39,703 nucleotides of DNA from Candidatus Tayloriibacteriota bacterium (GTDB lineage: Bacteria > Patescibacteriota > Minisyncoccia > Phycocordibacterales > UBA10002), in assembly GCA_009694955.1 (NCBI GenBank), contig SIBZ01000004.1:1-39703 (forward strand), in the 5' to 3' direction. Below, piece by piece: positions 1 through 7,165 of this stretch. Position numbers and translations under genes: made by a program. Numbering within the stretch: the first letter of the stretch is position 1; every line of letters begins with the position of its first letter. The notes under the pieces were generated by a model that ran no database searches, was not told the origin of the DNA, and was given only the letters and a program-made list of their open reading frames with translations.

Positions 1-147
1 TTATTGCCTTGATACCAACTACCAATCATTGACCACATCTGGCCCTCTCTTTCTTTTTCGGGCTTGGCTGAATTACCAAAGAACCCGTTTCAAGCCTAGT
101 CTGTAGGAACGAGATTAAAAGGTCAAGGAAATTTCGGCTAGTCGTTT

Positions 148-423
148 CTATGAGTTTTTCTCTTCCTTTTTCAGCCAGCGGACGAGATAGACCGAGAGTA
201 AAACAACGACAAGCGTGATGATGATGGCGTACAAAAATTTGGCGAGAAGGCCGTTTTTATCCAGCGGAAAAAGATACTCAATCAGCGCTTTAATCGCGTC
301 GTTCCACGCGAGCCCCGCGACGAGGCCGAGACCTGCGGTGATAAAGCCGAGCGTGCGCTCGCGCACTTCTTTCTGAAGCGTCTTTCCCTCTTCTTTTACT
401 TTTTCGAGATGCATCGGTTGCAT
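148..423 (-). CDS. Small two-TM membrane protein, DUF5654-like
   Basis: Motif GFITAGLGLVAGLAWNDAIKALI followed by a second TM helix, as recalled for DUF5654. Confidence 0.75.
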   Translation of the reverse strand: MQPMHLEKVKEEGKTLQKEVRERTLGFITAGLGLVAGLAWNDAIKALIEYLFPLDKNGLLAKFLYAIIITLVVVLLSVYLVRWLKKEEKNS

Positions 424-428
424 TTTTT

Positions 429-465
429 CTACTAACTACTTACTACGAGCTACTTTCTACTTACT
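429..465. repeat. Heptamer array, CTACnnn family
   Basis: ctactaa ctactta ctacgag ctacttt ctactta ct; contains the TAG stop of the HAD gene (457-459). Confidence 0.8.
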
Positions 466-1146
466 GATGTTATACACCACGTCCTTCCGTTCCACCACCA
501 CACGCCATTTATTGCGCTTCGCGTGGGCATACAGCTTCGCGTTCGGGTTAAAACAAATCGGCTCCGATACCAGCTCAAGGAACGGGATATCACTTTCGGT
601 ATCGCCTACTCCGACCGAGCCCTTGAGGGTAAGGTCCTCTTTCTCAACGGCACGCTTCACGACAAGCGCTTTGTTCAGCATAAAATGCAACTCGGTAATC
701 TCGCCGGTAAAACGGTCGGACGGACCTGTCTCGTACATCATCCCGTAGACCTTATCAAACCCAAGCCGTTTACAGAAATGGTCAAGGACACCCTTCGGTG
801 AATGTGAGACAGCGAGCAGAAAGAACCCTTTCTTCTTATACTCCTTTATCAAGTCACGTGTGAAGCGGTACACTCTATCTTTCTGCTCCGCGACGACTTC
901 TTCAGCGATGCGGGAGAATTCTTTGTACTCCACGCCTTTAATATTCGCCATAAAGACCTTCACAACCGCCATAATGTAGGCGTCGTAGTCACCTTTCCGG
1001 TCCAGCCACGCGAGCTTCTGGCGTGCGAAATCGGCGTTTGCGTTCTTGCTGAAAATCCCCTCTTCAATCATCCGGTCCACAATCTGGATAAGGAGCGAGG
1101 AACGGAAGATAGTTCCATCTATGTCGAAGATTGCTACCTTTTTCAT
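457..1146 (-). CDS. HAD-IB family phosphatase (SerB-like)
   Basis: Motif I FDIDGT, motif II VSHS, motif IV GDTESD, and NP. Confidence 0.9.
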   Translation of the reverse strand: MKKVAIFDIDGTIFRSSLLIQIVDRMIEEGIFSKNANADFARQKLAWLDRKGDYDAYIMAVVKVFMANIKGVEYKEFSRIAEEVVAEQKDRVYRFTRDLIKEYKKKGFFLLAVSHSPKGVLDHFCKRLGFDKVYGMMYETGPSDRFTGEITELHFMLNKALVVKRAVEKEDLTLKGSVGVGDTESDIPFLELVSEPICFNPNAKLYAHAKRNKWRVVVERKDVVYNISK

Positions 1147-1218
1147 ACACTCATAGTAGCATATTCGGAAACTTGACAGGAATGTACAAAAGATTCAGTA
1201 TATTTTCAGGATTGAACT

Positions 1219-1626
1219 ATGAAAACACCGAGACACTTCATCGTCTACGACACTGACGAGCCAACAAGTTATCTCAATATCCAGGTTATCGCCGATTGGC
1301 AAGAACGGAACGGAATCGCGCTTATCATCTGCCATACCCTAGAAAGTTTGAAGCGTATCCTACAGGATTTCCCGCACGACATCGTACTCGTGTCGCTCGC
1401 GAATCGCGAGCGTGCCGCGAGGGGCACTCTCTTTCTACGCAACCACGGCGTATCCTTCATCATCATACCGGAGAAGTTGTTTCTGGTTGATTACTTTGAT
1501 GTCGAAACGCTTGACCTTGTCCCGCCCGAACTGGTGTTCGGACGGAAACTGGTTGGGTCGAGGTTCCACCGTACCCACCATGTGGTCAACTGGGGACGAA
1601 CGGTGGATACTCTTTCCTCACGCTAG
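1219..1626 (+). CDS. Hypothetical protein
   Basis: 135-aa ATG ORF with TTGACA upstream (1173-1178) and a terminator immediately downstream. Confidence 0.6.
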   Translation: MKTPRHFIVYDTDEPTSYLNIQVIADWQERNGIALIICHTLESLKRILQDFPHDIVLVSLANRERAARGTLFLRNHGVSFIIIPEKLFLVDYFDVETLDLVPPELVFGRKLVGSRFHRTHHVVNWGRTVDTLSSR

Positions 1627-1631
1627 GCAAA

Positions 1632-1670
1632 CGGCGCTCCGACAGTTTTGTCGCGAGCGCCGCCTTTTTT
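1632..1670 (+). terminator. Intrinsic terminator between convergent genes
   Basis: cggcgctc-cgaca gttt tgtcg-gagcgccg hairpin followed by a T6 tract. Confidence 0.75.
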
Positions 1671-1689
1671 CTCACAATCCTTGTGGAAA

Positions 1690-2745
1690 TTACAGCTTGA
1701 TGATTTTCTCCCAAGGCAATCCCTTCTTGCCGAAGTGGCCATAAGCGGCAGTCGCTTGATACCACGGTTTCCGTAAATCAAGCCGTTCAATAATCGCAAG
1801 CGGACGGAAGTCAAAATGCTTTTTCACGAGTGACGCAAGACTCTTCCCTTTCTCGTCAATCGCGTGGACCATAAGGGGATCAATATGGCCAATCGCGTAG
1901 GCAACCGAGACAAGACACTCTTTCGCATATCCGTTCGCTACGATATTCTTCGCCACGAACCGGCACATATACGCGGCGGAACGGTCTACCTTGGTGAGGT
2001 CCTTTCCTGAGAACGCCCCTCCCCCGTGGCAGATAAGTCCGCCGTAGGTGTCTACCATAATTTTGCGCCCCGTGAGTCCCGCGTCCGCCTCAAATCCTCC
2101 CTGTACGAAATTCCCCGTCGGATTTACGAGCACTTCCACTCCTTTGAGTGAACCGATAATCGGAGCGATAATTTTTTTCGTCACTGTCTCCGTCACTTCG
2201 TCGTGGCCGACGCTCTTGTCATGCTGAGTAGAGACAAGCGCGGTTGCAATTTTGTTATTCAGAATCGTAATTTGCGTTTTACCGTCTGGCTTCAGCCATT
2301 TGATTTCCTTCTTCTCTCGCGCTTCCTGAAGTCTTCGTGCCATCTTGTGCACTAATACAACACCAGTCGGCAAATATTCCGGAGTTTCCTTCGTGGCGAA
2401 ACCATACATAATACCTTGGTCACCCGCGCCTCCCGTATTCACACCCTGCGCGATGTCCGGTGACTGCTCTACGATAAAGACCTGGATATCCAAAGGTTTG
2501 GTATAGCCGATGCTCCGGTATACAGCCGCGGCTATTTTCTTATAGTCTACCTTAGCGTTAGTGGTAACTTCCCCACCAAGAACGAGATGTCCGTGGCTTC
2601 CGAAGGTTTCCACTGCGACACGGCTCATCGGGTCTTGACGCATGCACTCGTCTAAAATAGCATCCGAAATCTGGTCACAGACTTTATCCGGATGGCCATT
2701 CGTAACGCTTTCTACGGTATATGTTCTTCTATCGTGTATGTGCAT
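1690..2745 (-). CDS. metK: S-adenosylmethionine synthetase
   Basis: ESVTNGHPDKVCDQISDA, GAGDQG, DAGLTGRKI, GGGAFSGKD and AAYGHFG signatures. Confidence 0.97.
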   Translation of the reverse strand: MHIHDRRTYTVESVTNGHPDKVCDQISDAILDECMRQDPMSRVAVETFGSHGHLVLGGEVTTNAKVDYKKIAAAVYRSIGYTKPLDIQVFIVEQSPDIAQGVNTGGAGDQGIMYGFATKETPEYLPTGVVLVHKMARRLQEAREKKEIKWLKPDGKTQITILNNKIATALVSTQHDKSVGHDEVTETVTKKIIAPIIGSLKGVEVLVNPTGNFVQGGFEADAGLTGRKIMVDTYGGLICHGGGAFSGKDLTKVDRSAAYMCRFVAKNIVANGYAKECLVSVAYAIGHIDPLMVHAIDEKGKSLASLVKKHFDFRPLAIIERLDLRKPWYQATAAYGHFGKKGLPWEKIIKL

Positions 2746-2757
2746 CGATTTGAAATT

Positions 2758-2841
2758 AATTTTTAATTTTCTAATTTTTTAGTTTCTAAATAATTTCCGG
2801 GTGTCTTTTGTTTAAAAACTGGAAATTGGTTATTAGAAATT
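2758..2841. repeat. Inverted heptamer cassette (AATTTyy / rrAAATT arms)
   Basis: Left arm aattttt aattttct aatttttt agtttct aaat aatttcc; right arm aaaaact ggaaatt ggttatt agaaatt. Confidence 0.6.
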
Positions 2842-2868
2842 AAAAAACTTTCCCGTAGAGGAAAGATT
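2842..2868 (-). terminator. Terminator of the riboswitch expression platform
   Basis: Minus strand CUUUCC-UCUACG-GGAAAG-UUUUUU directly after the aptamer. Confidence 0.8.
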
Positions 2869-2872
2869 TTTG

Positions 2873-2975
2873 GCTAGTATCCTTCCCCGTTCGGGGCTGG
2901 GTTGGCACAGCACTCTTTCGAGCCAGTTGCCGGAGGGTCATTGAGCCAGTACTCTATCCTCACTCTTGATATCGC
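2873..2975 (-). ncRNA. SAM-I (S-box) riboswitch aptamer
   Basis: Minus strand UAUCAAGAG..GAGG.AUAGAGUACUGGCUCAAUGACCCUCC.GGCAAC..GUGCC.AACCCAG.CCCCG-AA-CGGGG.AAGGAUA gives P1-P4, kink-turn region and a possible CUGG/CCAG pairing; lies upstream of metK. Confidence 0.92.
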
Positions 2976-2993
2976 TATGAAGTTGTAACCGAC

Positions 2994-3022
2994 ATACTAC
3001 ACAACTCGCGCCCGACGCGCAA
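2994..3022 (-). promoter_or_regulatory. Sigma70-type promoter for the riboswitch-metK transcript
   Basis: Minus strand TTGCGC-17 nt-TAGTAT just upstream of the aptamer. Confidence 0.6.
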
Positions 3023-3160
3023 TGTTATTGGGATGTTAATTACACATCAAAGACTTGATTCCTGAAAGGTTTGGAGTAGGATACCCCAAGCTGTGTTGAC
3101 GAATTGGGAATGCTTCCCAGAATGTTCTTTACAGCGACAAACTCCCGCATTTCAAGACCT

Positions 3161-3541
3161 ATGAAAGAACATATCGGTTCCGGTCTCCTATCCGCGATTC
3201 TCATTCTTTTCGCCCTGCAGTCACGGGCCGAGGAAACAGTTTTTATCCCCACCCCAGGAATGACTCCCGGACAAACGGTCCACTTCGAATTCCGGCCCGC
3301 GTCGCCGGACGTACAAGTTGTCGGCATTATCGTGGTCTATAAGCACGTTGCTCCAAAAAAAGAGGGGCAGGCTCCACAGAAAGACCCGCCGGTGATTCCA
3401 CTGAGAAGGGTCCAGGAGACGGCGTTCTGGGAAAAACCGTCGGGAAAAATCGGTCCATTTGAGCTGAAGCTCGGCGAGTCGGCATCAAAGGGAACATTCG
3501 CCGGTGCGCCGGTGCTCGCCGTGCTCAGCCGAAAGTTCTAG
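3161..3541 (+). CDS. Hypothetical secreted protein
   Basis: ATG at 3161; signal-peptide-like MKEHIGSGLLSAILILFALQSRA; terminator downstream. Confidence 0.6.
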   Translation: MKEHIGSGLLSAILILFALQSRAEETVFIPTPGMTPGQTVHFEFRPASPDVQVVGIIVVYKHVAPKKEGQAPQKDPPVIPLRRVQETAFWEKPSGKIGPFELKLGESASKGTFAGAPVLAVLSRKF

Positions 3542-3572
3542 CTCTTGGAAATGCTATGAACGAGAAGAATAG

Positions 3573-3605
3573 TGCCACGCGGACAGTACGTCTGCGTGGC
3601 ATTTC
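3573..3605. terminator. Hairpin terminator between convergent genes
   Basis: tgccacgcggac-agtac-gtctgcgtggca followed by tttt. Confidence 0.7.
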
Positions 3606-3606
3606 T

Positions 3607-4176
3607 CTATATCTCTATTTTAATTTTGACCGCCCCCGCTCGTAGTACTTTGGGCGAATCGCCGAGAAACGATACAAGTGTGGAGGGTTTCCCTCTCAAC
3701 CTCCCCGCACTAACATAGACATCTATCTTTTCCCCAAAATACTTTTTCGCCTCCGCGATGGTCTCTGCGGGTTTCTCCCCTTCCGGGTTCGCGCTCGGCG
3801 CGAGAAGCGGGCCGGTTTTTTTTAGCAATGTTTGAAGTTTTTTTGACTTCGGTAAACGAAACGCGAGTGTGTTCGTTCCTAAATGCAGATACGAAAACTT
3901 TTTTGCTTTACACGGGAAAATGACACTTACCTTTCCCGGCCAGACCGTCTTGAGAAAACGCGAAACAGCCGGAGTCGGCGTAATGGCGAATCCGGCCAGT
4001 TCCGTAATGGACGAAATGAGCACAATAAAAGGTTTTTCCGGAGTTTTCCGGCGCAGCGCGTAGAGCTTCTTCACCGCTTTCTTATCCAGCGCCCTCACGA
4101 CGACACCGTAGATGGTGTCGGTTGGGATTACTCCAATGCCCCCTTTTTTCAGAAGATTGATAAGAGTAGAAGGCAT
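3607..4176 (-). CDS. tsaC: L-threonylcarbamoyladenylate synthase (TsaC/Sua5/YrdC)
   Basis: PTDTIYG, WPG, PLLAPSANPEG, PSTLV and LRAGA motifs; ATG at 4176 preferred because the upstream GTG lies in a repeat. Confidence 0.92.
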   Translation of the reverse strand: MPSTLINLLKKGGIGVIPTDTIYGVVVRALDKKAVKKLYALRRKTPEKPFIVLISSITELAGFAITPTPAVSRFLKTVWPGKVSVIFPCKAKKFSYLHLGTNTLAFRLPKSKKLQTLLKKTGPLLAPSANPEGEKPAETIAEAKKYFGEKIDVYVSAGRLRGKPSTLVSFLGDSPKVLRAGAVKIKIEI

Positions 4177-4188
4177 GACAGAGTAATC

Positions 4189-4256
4189 AATCACCAATAT
4201 CCAACGAAAGAACGTTTCTTTTTGGTTATTGGTGTTTGGTTATTGGTGATTAGTTA
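4189..4256. repeat. Inverted heptamer cassette, CCAAT/TTGG family, copy 1
   Basis: aatcacc aatatcc aa - spacer cgaaagaacgtttctttt - ttggtta ttggtgt ttggtta ttggtga ttagtta. Confidence 0.85.
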
Positions 4257-4792
4257 GCCTTAAACGTCGCCTCCTCTCCCGCGACAATGACATCTTCGCG
4301 ATAATTGAATGCGGCGGCCCCGACATCCTTGTACACAACAACTTTGTATGTACTGCCCGCGACAGTCGGGCGAAGAAGTTCAATGGTTGTCTTCTGTGCG
4401 TTGCCGACAAACACCTTCTGAGCGCCGAGAATGTTACCAAGCACACCGCCTTTTACCTCACGCACCGCTACCCACAGGATGTCTTTTGCATCGATGCTCG
4501 CGATTTCCACGCGACCGCCAGCAGGTTGGTCGGTGACACTAAGCCCCTTGGTGGTCACTGCCCCCGTCGCAGGGGTTTCGGATGCTTCTTTCTTTTCCGT
4601 CGGCGCGACAACCCCCTCTTTCTCTTTGATAACTTCTCCTACCGCTGCTTCTTCTTTGGACGTTGAAATATTCTTTACCACATCTCCCGTCCGGCGCGCT
4701 TGCCAGAAGACGCCCGTCGCGAACCCGACAAGGAGTCCGATAATGAGAGCGGTGATAATCTTTCCCGATGCGTTACTTTGAGTGGGTTCCAT
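4250..4792 (-). CDS. Membrane-anchored protein with low-complexity linker and beta-rich C-terminal domain (possibly DUF7282-like)
   Basis: N-terminal TM helix, then VTDQPAG...WVAVRE...GNILGA pattern. Confidence 0.7.
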   Translation of the reverse strand: MEPTQSNASGKIITALIIGLLVGFATGVFWQARRTGDVVKNISTSKEEAAVGEVIKEKEGVVAPTEKKEASETPATGAVTTKGLSVTDQPAGGRVEIASIDAKDILWVAVREVKGGVLGNILGAQKVFVGNAQKTTIELLRPTVAGSTYKVVVYKDVGAAAFNYREDVIVAGEEATFKAN

Positions 4793-4799
4793 GGTACCG

Positions 4800-4830
4800 A
4801 TGAATTATGAGGTATGAATAATGAATTAAG
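4800..4830. repeat. Heptamer array, ATGAnnn family
   Basis: atgaatt atgaggt atgaata atgaatt aag. Confidence 0.7.
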
Positions 4831-4908
4831 CTCTAGTGGCTGTATTGTAATCGGTAGTACGTCCTTGAACATCTTTACTTAAAAGGTCTCCTATGTCATA
4901 AATAGGAG

Positions 4909-5652
4909 ATGAACATACTGCGAACACGATTTAAAAAAGACATTGTGTGCGAATTTATTCCTCCCAATCGACCTTCAAACAAGGTGATTATTTTCTGTAA
5001 AGGAATGCCTGGGCTTCCTCGGTTCCCCCAGGTGTTGGAATTCTGGGCGAAAAAAGGCTACTGGGTATTTTTCCCCCGTTATCGTGGCACATGGGAAAGC
5101 GACGGCGAGTTTCTGAAGGAATCTCCCGAAAAGGACATTCTTGATGTCATCGACGAACTCCCAAAAGGATTTACCGACCTCTGGTCCGGTCGGTCCTATA
5201 AGCTATCAGCTAAAAGCTATAAGCTATTCATATTCGGCGGCAGTTTCGGCGGGCCGGCAGCAATACTCTGTTCCCGAGATCCACGTGTGACGAAAGCGGT
5301 CGCCTTCGCGCCAGTTATAGATTGGGAAGCGCCATCCGAGGAAGAACCGATGGATAAACTTGGTGCATTTATTCCGCAAGGGTTTGGACAGAGCTACCGG
5401 TTCTCACAGAAAAATTGGGACCGACTCAGCCACAACGAGTTTTACAGTCCGCTCAAAGAGTCCGATACGATTGATGGCAAAAAACTTCTCATCTTCCACG
5501 CTAAGGATGACGAATCGTGCCACTATCCCTCGACCAAAACATTCGCCGAAAAAACCGGCGCGAAACTCATCACGCTTCGCACCGGTGGCCACTTTGGCAT
5601 CTCAAAATCCATCGAACCGAGATTCTATAAAGAAATCAAGAAATTCCTCTAG
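4909..5652 (+). CDS. Alpha/beta hydrolase (prolyl-oligopeptidase-like)
   Basis: YRGTWES, nucleophile elbow GGSFGG, FHAKDD and GGH. Confidence 0.88.
   Translation: MNILRTRFKKDIVCEFIPPNRPSNKVIIFCKGMPGLPRFPQVLEFWAKKGYWVFFPRYRGTWESDGEFLKESPEKDILDVIDELPKGFTDLWSGRSYKLSAKSYKLFIFGGSFGGPAAILCSRDPRVTKAVAFAPVIDWEAPSEEEPMDKLGAFIPQGFGQSYRFSQKNWDRLSHNEFYSPLKESDTIDGKKLLIFHAKDDESCHYPSTKTFAEKTGAKLITLRTGGHFGISKSIEPRFYKEIKKFL
5196..5226. repeat. In-frame heptamer array (AGCTnnn family) inside the hydrolase
   Basis: ctataag ctatcag ctaaaag ctataag cta, read as SYKLSAKSYKL. Confidence 0.8.
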
Positions 5653-5653
5653 T

Positions 5654-5702
5654 AGTAATTTTAGCAAAGTAACCACGGCCGTGGTTACTTTGCTAAATTA
5701 CT
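5654..5702. repeat. Perfect 38-bp palindrome with no loop (REP-like or bidirectional terminator)
   Basis: tttagcaaagtaaccacgg|ccgtggttactttgctaaa at 5660-5697; contains the truB TAG. Confidence 0.85.
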
Positions 5703-6409
5703 TCTGCATCTTCGATTTTGAATTCTCCTATTCGAGTACGGCGAAGCCCCGCGAGCGTGGCGGGAACTCCAAGACGCCTTCCGAACTCTTCGGCGAGGGA
5801 GCGGATGTAGGTCCCGCTTGTGACGTCGAAGCGGACAGACACCACCACCCCGCCTCCGGCACCCCTCCTCAACTGAGGAGGGGGTGAAGAGACACCGAGA
5901 AACTCCACCGCGGTTATCTCCATCACCTTACTTGGAGTATCTACCACTTCACCGCGCCGTGCTTTTTTATACAGTGCTTCCCCTCCCCGTTTGATAGCGG
6001 AATACGCCGGAACCGGAAGCTCAAGCTTTCCTATCATTGTCTGCAGTATCTTTTCTATTTCTTCGTTTGAAAATTTCTTATCTTGAAAATTAATTGAAAA
6101 TTGGGAATTGGAAATTGGTACTTCTTGGCCAGTGATATCTCCCGTATCCGTTTTTACTCCGAGTAGTATTTCCGCCTCATATGTTTTATCGAGCTTCAAA
6201 AACTCGTGAAGTTTTTTGGTTCCGTCACCAACTCCGATAATCATAAGCCCCGTCGCCATCGGGTCCAGCGTCCCCGCATGCCCCATCTTGCGTATATTCA
6301 GCTTCTTCCTCAGTATGCGAATACAGTCAAAGGAAGTAATTCCCTTCGGCTTATCAATGAGTAGAATATGTTCGGGAAGCACAGTAGGAGTATGGTACAC
6401 TTTTAACAT
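5693..6409 (-). CDS. truB: tRNA pseudouridine(55) synthase
   Basis: DKPKGITS, GHAGTLDPMATG, PAYSAIK, GTYIRSLA and LRRTRIG; ATG at 6409. Confidence 0.96.
   Translation of the reverse strand: MLKVYHTPTVLPEHILLIDKPKGITSFDCIRILRKKLNIRKMGHAGTLDPMATGLMIIGVGDGTKKLHEFLKLDKTYEAEILLGVKTDTGDITGQEVPISNSQFSINFQDKKFSNEEIEKILQTMIGKLELPVPAYSAIKRGGEALYKKARRGEVVDTPSKVMEITAVEFLGVSSPPPQLRRGAGGGVVVSVRFDVTSGTYIRSLAEEFGRRLGVPATLAGLRRTRIGEFKIEDAEVI
5844..5884. repeat. In-frame GC-rich double-hairpin element in truB
   Basis: accaccccgcctccggcacccctcctcaactgaggaggggg, read as PPPQLRRGAGGGVV. Confidence 0.75.
6067..6120. repeat. In-frame heptamer array (TTGrrAA family) in truB
   Basis: ttgaaaa...ttgaaaa ttaa ttgaaaa ttgggaa ttggaaa ttggta, read as PISNSQFSINFQDKKFSN. 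Confidence 0.75.
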
Positions 6410-6415
6410 ATCATT

Positions 6416-6492
6416 AATCACCAATAACCAATATCCAATCACCAAGGAAGAAATGATTCTTTTTGGGTATTGATAATTGGTGCTTGGTTATT
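6416..6492. repeat. Inverted heptamer cassette, CCAAT/TTGG family, copy 2
   Basis: aatcacc aataacc aatatcc aatcacc aa - spacer ggaagaaatgattctttt - ttgggta ttgataa ttggtgc ttggtta tt. Confidence 0.88.
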
Positions 6493-6497
6493 TTACT

Positions 6498-6752
6498 ATG
6501 TCCCACATAGACCGCCTCGAATTTAAAAAAGCGTTGTACAAACTCCGCGAAAGCGGTTCGTTTTCCAATCATGAAATAGACGAGATAGAGAACGTCTTTT
6601 ACGGTAGCTTACACGAAAGCAATATGTCGGCAGGTATCAGCTCCTCTGAACTCGAAAAAGGCATCGAGTACCTCACACGACATCCCGAAAATCACCATCT
6701 TTCTCACGATGAAATCAAAAAATTGGAGGAGGTGCTGAAGCACTATCTCTAA
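6498..6752 (+). CDS. Small hypothetical helical protein (84 aa)
   Basis: ATG at 6498; internal repeat FSNHEIDEIE / LSHDEIKKLE; protein-like composition. Confidence 0.7.
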   Translation: MSHIDRLEFKKALYKLRESGSFSNHEIDEIENVFYGSLHESNMSAGISSSELEKGIEYLTRHPENHHLSHDEIKKLEEVLKHYL

Positions 6753-6755
6753 GAA

Positions 6756-6816
6756 AATAACCGAAAAATCACTGATTCTCTTTTGGTTGGTGGTTGGTGA
6801 TGGGTGTTTGATTATT
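6756..6816. repeat. CCAAT/TTGG family cassette, copy 3 (degenerate), forming a protein C-terminus
   Basis: aataacc...tgattctctttt ggttggtgg ttggtga tgggtgt ttgatta tt; read on the minus strand as NNQTPITNHQPKENQ*. Confidence 0.7.
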
Positions 6817-7164
6817 TCCCCGCAGTGTCCGTACTGCCCGCACTGCCTGCTTCAAGTGGCGGACGGTAAAAAAGCCGACCACACCGAGTACGACGAGCAA
6901 GAGCTTCATCTCAAGTTCAGTGGAGGAAAATGCCGACAGAGAGAAGTTCGAAAGGTTTCCCCCGCTCTCCGCGACCGAAAGGTTTCTCCATACGTCTTGA
7001 ACGGACACAAACAATGTGGCAATAAAGGCGACCACGACAATCACGAGACAGTCAAACGCGAACGGAGAAATATTGCGGATCATAAACAAGACGTAGATGC
7101 GTCGCATCACGCGCTGTCTGAGCGTCTTTCTCGTACTTGGTTGTATGATACTTTCGTCTTGCAT
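6769..7164 (-). CDS. Membrane protein, candidate anti-sigma factor
   Basis: Two hydrophobic segments; starts 1 nt after the ECF sigma stop. Confidence 0.65.
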   Translation of the reverse strand: MQDESIIQPSTRKTLRQRVMRRIYVLFMIRNISPFAFDCLVIVVVAFIATLFVSVQDVWRNLSVAESGGNLSNFSLSAFSSTELEMKLLLVVLGVVGFFTVRHLKQAVRAVRTLRGNNQTPITNHQPKENQ

Positions 7165-7165
7165 A

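Noticed and set aside
1-38. Possible start of a minus-strand CDS running off the window (MWSMIGSWYQGN)
   Set aside because: Only 12 codons are visible, too little to support a call.
6410-6445. N-terminal extensions of truB, tsaC and the 6477 ORF (MVIGYWLLVI..., MVIDYS..., MVLGYF...)
   Set aside because: They begin at GTG/TTG codons inside heptamer cassettes; the downstream ATGs are preferred.
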